DNA of 18,033 nucleotides. Origin: Pseudomonadota bacterium (lineage in GTDB: Bacteria > Pseudomonadota > Gammaproteobacteria > Methylococcales > Methylococcaceae). Position numbers and translations under genes: made by a program. The stretch covers positions 1 through 18,033 of the forward strand of contig JBFMDC010000026.1 in assembly GCA_040753975.1 (NCBI GenBank). The letters are read 5' to 3'. The notes under the pieces are model-generated. The model worked only from the letters and a program-made list of their open reading frames with translations. It was not told the DNA's origin and made no database searches. How positions within the stretch are numbered: position 1 is the stretch's first letter; the number at the start of each line of letters is the position of its first letter. Positions 8,006 to 14,412 of this stretch are shown one piece after another.

Positions 8006-8626
8006 CTACAGCACCAAGCGGACGCGCGCCCCGCCGAATCCGCCGCGGGCCTTGAGTATCCGCAGTTCCAGCCCGCCTTCGCAGACTCCGAGGCTCAGGC
8101 GCAACGCCGCCGTACCGCCGGCAGCACCGCCGGAGAACAGCATGCCGAGCGCGCCCCCTTCCCCCGCCGCCAGCTGCAGGCGGCGCCAGGCGGAGGGCGG
8201 CAGCGTCCGTGGCCAAGCCAGCACCAGGCCGGTCTCGGGATGGCGCAGCACCAGTTCCAGCGTCCAGCTCAAGTCCCGCTTGTGGTCCGCCACCGCCACC
8301 ACCAGCATCCGCCCGATCTCGACCCCGGCCTGGACCAGCGCCGGCGCGTAGGGCTCGAACGGCGGCGCGACCCACACCAGCCGGCGCCCATCCCCGGCGA
8401 TGCGCCGCATCAGCGGCAGTAGCAGCCGCAGTTCGCCGATGCCGTGGCTCGGCGCGACGATCTCGGTCAGGGCGCCCGCCGGCCAGCCGCCGCCCGGCAG
8501 CACCGCATCCAGCGCCGCATGGCCGCTGGGGACGACCGGCGCCCGCCAGGCTGCCGGCCGGCGCCCGCGCCAGACCCGGGGGTCGCGGTCCAGCAGCTCG
8601 GCCAGTGCCTCCACCTTCCCGGCCAT
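8006..8626 (-). CDS. imuA: ImuA (SulA/RecA-fold cell-division-inhibitor-like protein), 206 aa.
   Basis: The conserved start MAGKVEALAELLDRD…ALDAVLPGGGWPAGALTEI lies at position 106 of the longer ORF-track ORF (8006..8941). Its ATG overlaps the lexA stop by 1 nt (TGATG). Confidence 0.8.
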   Translation of the reverse strand: MAGKVEALAELLDRDPRVWRGRRPAAWRAPVVPSGHAALDAVLPGGGWPAGALTEIVAPSHGIGELRLLLPLMRRIAGDGRRLVWVAPPFEPYAPALVQAGVEIGRMLVVAVADHKRDLSWTLELVLRHPETGLVLAWPRTLPPSAWRRLQLAAGEGGALGMLFSGGAAGGTAALRLSLGVCEGGLELRILKARGGFGGARVRLVL

Positions 8627-9234
8627 CAGCCCACCCGGGTGCGGATCACGCCGACCACGATGCCTTCGATGCAAAGCGGCTGGCGTTCCAGATCGACGGC
8701 GATGACGGAAAACTCGGGATTGGCGGGCTCCAGATAGGCCACGGCACCCTCCAGCCGCAGGCGCTTCACGGTCACCTCGTCGTGGAGGCGCGCCACCACG
8801 ATCTGGCCGGAGCGGGCCTCCTGCGCCTGCTGCACCACCAGCAGATCGCCGTCGATGATGCCGGCGTCGCGCATGCTCATGCCCTGGACCCGCAGCAGAT
8901 AATCGCCCTTGTGCCCGAACAGCTCCGGCCCCAGCCGGCAATGGCGCTCGACCTGGGCCTCGGTCATCAGCGGCCGTCCCGCCGCGACCTTGCCGATCAG
9001 AGGGAGGTCCATGTCCTCGGCCTTGGCGAGCAGGCGGATGCCGCGCGAGGCGGAAGGGATCAGCTCGATCGCCCCCTTGCGCTCCAAAGCGCGCAACTGC
9101 TCCCGAACCCCATGAGGGGAGCTGACCCCGATGGCGCGGGCGATCTCGGCGATGGTGGGAGGAAAACCTTCGTCTTCCACGCTGCGGCGGATGCAGTCCA
9201 GGATTTCGCGTTGGCGGATGGTCAGGGGCTTCAT
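8626..9234 (-). CDS. lexA: LexA repressor, 202 aa from the second ATG. The first in-frame ATG is at 9243.
   Basis: The protein aligns end to end with E. coli LexA (MKPLTIRQREILD…; cleavage site VAAG; catalytic GMSMRDAGI Ser and VTVKRL Lys). Confidence 0.9.
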   Translation of the reverse strand: MKPLTIRQREILDCIRRSVEDEGFPPTIAEIARAIGVSSPHGVREQLRALERKGAIELIPSASRGIRLLAKAEDMDLPLIGKVAAGRPLMTEAQVERHCRLGPELFGHKGDYLLRVQGMSMRDAGIIDGDLLVVQQAQEARSGQIVVARLHDEVTVKRLRLEGAVAYLEPANPEFSVIAVDLERQPLCIEGIVVGVIRTRVG

Positions 9235-9248
9235 GCTCGGCATACGAA

Positions 9249-9268
9249 TACTGTTTTTATGAACAGTA
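9249..9268. promoter_or_regulatory. LexA (SOS) box TACTGTTTTTATGAACAGTA.
   Basis: A perfect CTGT-N8-ACAG motif lies inside a longer palindrome (cgaatactg…cagtattcg), 6 nt upstream of the first lexA ATG. It overlaps the -10 of the promoter below. Confidence 0.9.
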
Positions 9269-9292
9269 TTCGATCAGCCCCCACCCCGTCAA
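9263..9292 (-). promoter_or_regulatory. Sigma70-type promoter of the lexA-imuA-imuB-dnaE2 operon: TTGACG-18-TACTGT on the minus strand.
   Basis: Read directly from the sequence: -35 cgtcaa at 9287-9292 and -10 acagta at 9263-9268 on the plus strand. The LexA box overlaps the -10. Confidence 0.6.
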
Positions 9293-9383
9293 CCGCCCGG
9301 CGGTCCGCCAATAGACCAGATGTTCACGCGGAACAGATCGGTCAATGAGAGTTGCTGCTTCCAACAACGGCAAGCCGAGCAGC

Positions 9384-9412
9384 TTGACGCCGTTCCTTAT
9401 TGATATGATAAT
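9384..9412 (+). promoter_or_regulatory. Sigma70-type promoter TTGACG-17-GATAAT facing the YceI-like gene. A partial Fur-box-like AT tract (GATATGATAATGAGAAACATT) overlaps the -10.
   Basis: The hexamers and spacing were read directly. The Fur-box resemblance is only partial: GATAAT repeats in an AT-rich tract. Confidence 0.5.
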
Positions 9413-9457
9413 GAGAAACATTCGCATTAAATGCCACCCATCCGCTTGGAGGTCTCC

Positions 9458-9529
9458 ATGATTCGCGTTGCATCTTCCGCTATCGCCCGTCCTTACCGCG
9501 ACCACCCGGTACAAAAGCAGGGGTCGTAG
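9458..9529 (+). CDS. Possible 23-aa leader or small ORF (MIRVASSAIARPYRDHPVQKQGS) between the promoter and the YceI-like gene.
   Basis: GGAGG lies 5 nt upstream of the ATG. An in-frame ATG at 9431 would extend it to 32 aa. There is no homology support. Confidence 0.2.
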   Translation: MIRVASSAIARPYRDHPVQKQGS

Positions 9530-9590
9530 CGATCTCGTCGGCCGAACGTCACGAATATATAGTCCCAACACCACCTTATGAGGTGACAAA

Positions 9591-10217
9591 ATGATCGGAA
9601 ATCGACTCTTTTCGAAGCTCGTCCTCGGCGCCTTCGTATTGGCCGCGGCAAGTCCAAGCCAGGCCGAGTGCCGCTATAAGCCGAACAAAGAGGGGTTCGG
9701 CTTCAGCTTCACCGCCTATGCCGCCCCGAACAAGACCTACGTGATCAAAGACAATCGTTTCAAGAAATTCACCCTGGCCTCGCCGTCCGGGATGCTGCAG
9801 GACGCCAGCATCGAGATCGACGCGACTTCTCTGGACACCGGTCATGACCTCAACAATGGCAAAGGAGGCGAGTGGCCGGCAGCAATCATTCCCGTCCGCG
9901 ACAGCAATGTGGTCAACCACTTCTTCAAGAAGTTCGACAACAATCCTGGCGTGGTCTCGGCCAAAGTCGCCGGCATCACCAAAGACGGCATCGATTTGGC
10001 GGTGACCATGAACGGCGTCACCAAAACCGTGCCCATGAAATCCGCGGTGAAGGACGGCGTCCTATCGGCTACCGGCACGTTGAACGTGCTGGATTTCGGG
10101 ACCGGTAAAGCGTTTGACGCCTTCCGCCAGGTTTGCGAGATGGCCTTCCATCAGGGCAAGACCTGGAGCGATATCGAGTTTGAGTTCCATGTGCCGGTGG
10201 AAGGGAGCTGCAGCTAG
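9591..10217 (+). CDS. YceI-like periplasmic (polyisoprenoid-binding-type) protein with a signal peptide, 208 aa.
   Basis: The N-terminal signal is …LAAASPSQA. Blocks resembling E. coli YceI are present (IEIDATSLDTG, RDSNVVNHFF, GVTKTVPMK, LNVLDFG). SD gaggtga sits 5 nt upstream of the ATG. Confidence 0.65.
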   Translation: MIGNRLFSKLVLGAFVLAAASPSQAECRYKPNKEGFGFSFTAYAAPNKTYVIKDNRFKKFTLASPSGMLQDASIEIDATSLDTGHDLNNGKGGEWPAAIIPVRDSNVVNHFFKKFDNNPGVVSAKVAGITKDGIDLAVTMNGVTKTVPMKSAVKDGVLSATGTLNVLDFGTGKAFDAFRQVCEMAFHQGKTWSDIEFEFHVPVEGSCS

Positions 10218-10298
10218 GGTAGGATGCCTTTACTCAAGGGGGCGGGGTTTGCGGAGTGGCCATCAACCAGCGGTGAGGTGAACGTGACGGCGGAGCAC

Positions 10299-11103
10299 AT
10301 GGCCTGGCACTGGAGCGGGAAGGAGGTGCGTATTGGCGTCGATCGCCTCGGTGCGGGACCGACTGTGCTGCTGTTGCCCGCGATGAGCTCCATCTCCAGC
10401 CGGGGCGAGATGCGCCCCTTACAGGAGCGACTGGCGGCGGACTTCTCTACCGTCGCCGTCGATTGGCCTGGCTTTGGCGATGAATCGCGGCCGTAGCGGC
10501 CGGACACGCGGCCGGGTACCTGCTCCGGGCTGCCGCAGATACGCCGGGATCGGCCGGCCAATTGTGCCTGATCGCCCCGACCTGGCGCGGCCCTCTGCCG
10601 ACCCTGCTCGGCGGCCGCCGCTGGCTCGGACGTTGGCTCGTCCGGGCAGGCGATCTGCCGCTGTTCGGCCAATTCCTGTACCGGCTCAACGTCAACCGGC
10701 CCATGGTGCGCCTGATGGCGCGCGGCCATGTCTACGCCGAGCGCGGGACTGGCTGGCCGGCGAGCGGCTGCGCCAGAAGCTCGCAGTCATCGCCGCCCCC
10801 GGCGCACCGCACGCCTCGCTGCGTTTCGTCGCTGGCCTGCTGGACCCGATGCCGGACCGCGCCGCGTTCATCGAAAATGCAACGCGTGTCCGCGATCCTG
10901 TCCTAGTGGTCTACGGCGCGGCGACTCCGCACAAATCCAAGGCGGAAATGCAAGCATTGACGGCAGTTCCGCACGTCCGTTGCGTCGAGCTGCCCAAGGG
11001 CAAGCTCGCTATTTACGAGGAGTTTCCGGACACGGTGGCAGAGACGGTGAAGTCGTTTCTGCGTGGCGGCGGCCTACGCTTGGAGTCCGCGGAAAAACCC
11101 TAG
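10299..11103 (+). pseudogene. Alpha/beta-fold hydrolase gene split across three reading frames, with an Ala at the nucleophile position (GHAAG). It is probably decayed.
   Basis: The N-terminal part is in the frame of the 10224 ORF (…LLLPAMSS…VAVDWPGFGDESRP*). The middle part is in frame 2 (AVAAGHAAGYLL…LIAPTWRGPLP…). The C-terminal part is in frame 1 (…DPVLVVYGAATPHK…AIYEEFPDTVAETVKSFLRG). The frame switches are near 10484-10496 and near 10745. Confidence 0.5.
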
Positions 11104-11149
11104 CGGACGGTCGCGGGTGGAAGTGGAGCAGGGGCGGGAGCGGCCGGAT

Positions 11150-11875
11150 CGTCGGGGTCTCTCAAGAAACACGCCGGGCCGCCCCAAGTGTTTCTTGCCC
11201 ATTGATGGGTCAAAAACGGAGCGCAGCGGGTTTTTGGGGGTGGGCTAACTCATTGAGGTAAGCCCCCGGCTTTGGCGGGGGACTCACCGGGGTTTGACCT
11301 GTACGGCGGTCGTTGTGAACCTGAAATCTCGACCAAGAGATGGAGGTTCACGATGAAAGAGTACCAGAGTCTTTCCCCCACCAGATGGGGTTGTAAGTAT
11401 CACGTAGTGTTTATCCCGAAGCGGCGGAAGAAACAGATTTTTGGAGCGGTCAAGCGGCATCTTGGAGAGATATTTCATGAACTTGCCGGGCACAAAGAGT
11501 CGAAAATCGTGGCGGGCCACTTGATGGGGGATCACGTACACATGTGCATCAGCATACCGCCGAAGTGCGCGGTTTCGAGCGTGGTGGGCTAGATCAAGGG
11601 CAAGAGCGCGATCCAAATCGCCCGGCAATTTGGTGGTCGGCGGAGGAATTTCACCGGGGAGAATTTTTGGGCCAGGGGCTACTTCGTTTCCACGGTGGGC
11701 TTGGATGAGGCCATGGTTCGGGCATATATCCGCCGACAGGAACAGGAGGATGAGCGCCACGATCAGATGAAGCTTGGCCTGTAGGTGACCGCCTTGGGCG
11801 GCTCATGATTTTACGGCGCCTTTGAGGCGCTCACCCAATAAGCCCCCGGCTTTGCCGGGGGTGATTTAACTATTC
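11150..11875 (+). mobile_element. IS200/IS605-family insertion sequence, about 0.7 kb. Its boundaries are approximate.
   Basis: An HUH/Y1 tnpA is flanked by near-identical subterminal hairpins: gcccccggctttggcggggg at 11262-11281 and gcccccggctttgccggggg at 11842-11861. An additional left-end palindrome caagaaacac…gtgtttcttg lies at 11163-11197, as in IS200. There are no terminal inverted repeats, as expected for this family. Confidence 0.7.
11353..11784 (+). pseudogene. tnpA: IS200-type transposase TnpA interrupted by an in-frame TAG at 11590-11592. The stop falls between the HUH motif and the catalytic Tyr.
   Basis: MKEYQSLSPTRWGCKYHVVFIPKRRK…GDHVHMCISIPPKCAVSSVVG-TAG-IKGKSAIQIARQFGG…ENFWARGYFVSTVG…RAYIRRQ is read in a single frame. 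GGAGG lies 6 nt upstream of the ATG. The TAG sits where IS200 TnpA has a conserved Tyr (GYLKGKS). Confidence 0.75.
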
Positions 11876-12352
11876 GTTCCGCCCTTTTGTCCTCAAACTT
11901 CCCAGCGTCAGACGCAACACCGGACCCATCGGGCCTTGCCCCACCGAAGGTGCGGGTAAAGGTGCCTCCTCCTCTCGCCCCAAGGCCAGCATTTCCTTGT
12001 GTTCTTCCAGCAAGTGATGCAACAGCTTTAACGACAAAGAAGGCGGTAAAGCACCTCCGATGACGTCGATGAGGAATTGGCTGTGATCGCGCACCACCAC
12101 GTATTCTCTCGGCCAGGGCGCCGGGTAGTCCGCCAAGAGATCATTCATTTTCTCGATGTTGCCCCGTTCTTCTTCGGCGATATGGCCGAAGAGCCGCTGT
12201 TTGACCTCGGGGGAAATCGCCGTATCCCCCAGCAGTTCCAAGAGCATTTCAATATGTTCCCGAACGTTGTGGGCGATGCGGGACGCCTGCCCTCGAAGGG
12301 CCTCATCGTTCATCGCCTGTATCAGGCCTCCTTGCGGCAGCTTTGCGGTCAT
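11870..12352 (-). CDS. Encapsulin cargo protein. It is a putative hemerythrin-like (HHE, HxxxE x2) or diiron ferritin-like protein with a C-terminal family-1 targeting peptide. It is about 160 aa.
   Basis: The C-terminus …GPVLRLTLGSLRTKGRNE matches the family-1 targeting-peptide pattern (LxxGSLxx). HxxxE motifs are present (GHIAEEE, HHLLEEH). The ATG at 12352 overlaps the encapsulin stop (ATGA). Alternative starts are at 12373 and 12313. Confidence 0.6.
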   Translation of the reverse strand: MTAKLPQGGLIQAMNDEALRGQASRIAHNVREHIEMLLELLGDTAISPEVKQRLFGHIAEEERGNIEKMNDLLADYPAPWPREYVVVRDHSQFLIDVIGGALPPSLSLKLLHHLLEEHKEMLALGREEEAPLPAPSVGQGPMGPVLRLTLGSLRTKGRNE

Positions 12353-13197
12353 GGCCCGGTTTCCAAGGTACAAATGGCAGTGGGGCGCTTGATCCGGAGC
12401 ACGATGCTTTCATAGATCCTGAAGCCATAATTCATATTTCTTGGCCCCAGATAGGCGATACTGACATCCTCTGCGATCGCCAGATCGAAATTCTCAGGAC
12501 CACAGGAAACCACCACGGCCTGCTCGGGCTTCAGCACCGGCGACTGATAAACCCCATCCTCGCAGAGCTTGGTGATGGAATCGATCTCGATCACCGGCAT
12601 ATCCTTCTCGGTCTTCAGGAGTGCGGCGTAGAGTTGAGGCGAGAGCACCGCGGCGTAAGGCCGATGGTGATGGGCATCGAGCAGGGCCAAGGTGGCTTCG
12701 CGGATATTCACGTAGGCTTTGCCGAACTGATTCCAATCGAGCATTGGGGTCGTCAGCCTTTTTTCGGCATTCAAGAGGCCTTCCATGCCCAATTCCCTGT
12801 GGCCATGGTAGATCAGATCCTCTTCGCGATGGGCCAGGAAATGCGCCGCCCGCACGGCCCGGCTCACATCCAGGGGAGCGTCCAGGGCGCGGCTCAATTC
12901 CACGTCCCGCCAATGAAAGATGAAGTCCTTGTAGATCAACGGGATCCTTTTATAGACCTCGGATTCGGCCTGTATGACCCGGGCGTCCCGTCCGCCTTCC
13001 AGATCGACCTCCGCCAGAGCATCCACCCCGTAGGTCTCGTACGAGACCGTTTCCAAGCCCGCACCCAGCGGCCCGTATACGTCAATGAACCGCCTCGCCG
13101 TCAGCGTCCGCTGCATTTCTTTCAGGATTTCGGATTCCAGGCGCTGGCGTTGTGACTCGCTGAGTGGATACTCGACATTGCGTTGATAGCTTCGCAT
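12349..13197 (-). CDS. Family-1 encapsulin shell protein (HK97 fold; the family historically labelled linocin-M18 bacteriocin), 282 aa.
   Basis: It aligns along its length with T. maritima encapsulin: FIDVYGPLG~FVDVEGPYG, IPLIYKDFIFHWRDVELS~LPLIELRATFTLDLWEL, and C-terminal LRIKRPTAICTLE. GC is lower than in the flanking core genes. Confidence 0.85.
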   Translation of the reverse strand: MRSYQRNVEYPLSESQRQRLESEILKEMQRTLTARRFIDVYGPLGAGLETVSYETYGVDALAEVDLEGGRDARVIQAESEVYKRIPLIYKDFIFHWRDVELSRALDAPLDVSRAVRAAHFLAHREEDLIYHGHRELGMEGLLNAEKRLTTPMLDWNQFGKAYVNIREATLALLDAHHHRPYAAVLSPQLYAALLKTEKDMPVIEIDSITKLCEDGVYQSPVLKPEQAVVVSCGPENFDLAIAEDVSIAYLGPRNMNYGFRIYESIVLRIKRPTAICTLETGP

Positions 13198-13317
13198 GAC
13201 ACACCTTTATTCGGGGTGAACCTAAGGAGCGAGGAGCCGGGTTTCAATGGCCTGGCCGGCCATTCGTTGCAAAGGTTGCGCCCGGACCGATGGGCTGTCA
13301 ATCGTGGATGGCATCCG

Positions 13318-13352
13318 CTGTTAGCAGCAGGCTGTTAACAGGCTGTTAACAG
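13318..13352. promoter_or_regulatory. Candidate operator made of three 10-bp palindromes: CTGTTAGCAG and then two perfect CTGTTAACAG copies. It lies immediately upstream of, and abuts, the -35 of the promoter below.
   Basis: Copies are at 13318-13327, 13332-13341 and 13343-13352. They sit in the divergent region between the encapsulin gene (minus strand) and the ABC remnant (plus strand). Confidence 0.5.
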
Positions 13353-13356
13353 CAGG

Positions 13357-13385
13357 TTGACGGCATATCGAACGCGCCATATCAT
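13357..13385 (+). promoter_or_regulatory. Sigma70-type promoter TTGACG-17-TATCAT.
   Basis: Read directly: -35 at 13357-13362 and -10 at 13380-13385. Confidence 0.5.
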
Positions 13386-13462
13386 CGTTGACGCGGATGC
13401 AAAGCGTTCGCATTTGCGAAATACCCCCCTGCTTCATCGTCGATTCATCCCGCTTCCACGCC

Positions 13463-14308
13463 ATGGCTTTGATTCGCATGATTCCGGCGCGCTCCTGGCG
13501 CACGCTGCTGCTGAGCGGTGTCAGCGCGACGGTTGGCGTGCGGGTCATGGCTTTCGTCAATGAGCGCATGATCCAGGGGCCGGACATCGACCGGGCCTCG
13601 CTGATGGAGTTCGCCGTTCTTCTGGTCGCGATGTTCGCGGTCGCTTCCGCCGCGCAAATGATGATGACCCGCTTGGGTCATCGGCTGGTCTACGAGCTCC
13701 GCCGCTCGCTCGTGAAGCGCATACTCGACACCGACTGCGAGCGGCTCGAACACGTGGGCCCGGCGCGTATCCTCGCCAGCCTCAGCAGCGATACCGGCCA
13801 CATCACCTCCGCCTTCATCAGCCTGCCGAACGCGGTGTATGGAACCGTGTTGACCTCGGGCGCGCTCGGCTACCTCGCCTGGCTTTCGCTGCCGCTGTTC
13901 TGGGCGATCGCCGGATGGCTGAGCCTGGCGGTCCTGATCGGCTGGCTGTTGCTGGTCCGCAAGGCGAAAATGGAACAGGGGAAGTTGCTGGATCTTAAGC
14001 TCTCCCAGGGACAACGGAAGCGACTGGCCTTGCTGCTCGCCGCGCTCGAGGAACGGCCGATTCTGATTCTGGACGAATGGGCGGCGGACCAGGACCCGTC
14101 CTTCCGCGAAACTTTCTACTTCGAACTGCTGCCGAAGCTTAAGGCTACCGGAACGACGATCTTCGCGATCACGCATGATGATCGGTACTTCCACCTGGCT
14201 GACCGGCAGTTGAAGATGGACGGCGGACACCTCACGGAAATGGCGATCCCGCAGGCGATGACCGCCGCGGGGGTGCGGAGCGGTGCAGCTTCGGTGGCTT
14301 CCAGGTGA
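13463..14308 (+). pseudogene. YojI-like ABC exporter (cyclic-peptide/microcin exporter family) carrying an in-frame internal deletion. The N-terminal transmembrane part is joined directly to the ABC signature, Walker B and H-loop. The Walker A and Q-loop region (about 260 aa) is missing.
   Basis: …TRLGHRLVYELRRSLVKRILDTDCERLEH… parallels the YojI N-terminus. The sequence jumps from …LLLVRKAKMEQGKLLDLK straight to LSQGQRKRLALLLAALEERPILILDEWAADQDP…TIFAITHDDRYFHLADR. No GxxGxGKS/T motif occurs anywhere. Total length is 281 aa; full-length family members are about 550 aa. Confidence 0.6.
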
Positions 14309-14412
14309 GCGACCGGGTCGTCGCTGATGGGCTGGTCACGCTCTAACCGGGGCCCGGCCCATCGCTGGATACCCGCTTCCCGAGCGCGGTCTACGCCGCG
14401 GAGATATTGACC

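Noticed and set aside
4066-8375. Many long ORFs on the plus strand, or in other frames, inside dnaE2, imuB and imuA (e.g. 4066..5268, 5347..6036, 5582..6403, 6172..6906, 7085..7876, 7452..8375, 8209..9348).
   Set aside because: These are typical high-GC shadow ORFs. Their compositions are Arg/Ala/Gly/Pro-dominated and they fully overlap well-supported genes.
8626-8941. N-terminal 105-aa extension of the imuA ORF (8006..8941) overlapping lexA.
   Set aside because: The conserved ImuA start (MAGKVEALAELL) is at 8626. The extension is an open frame antisense-like to nothing, running through lexA coding sequence in another frame.
9402-9423. Calling a bona fide Fur box upstream of the YceI-like gene.
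   Set aside because: Only about half of the 19-bp consensus is matched. It is kept as a low-confidence note inside the promoter feature rather than a separate feature.
10214-11261. ORFs 10214..10729 (minus), 10447..10704 (minus) and 10728..11261 (plus) around the hydrolase.
   Set aside because: These are alternative-frame or antisense readings of the frameshifted hydrolase gene and the IS left end. They have no protein-like features.
13332-13352. CTGTTAACAG palindromes as LexA boxes.
   Set aside because: The spacing is CTGT-N2-ACAG, not N8. Reading across the two copies gives N13. It does not fit the LexA operator present at 9249-9268.
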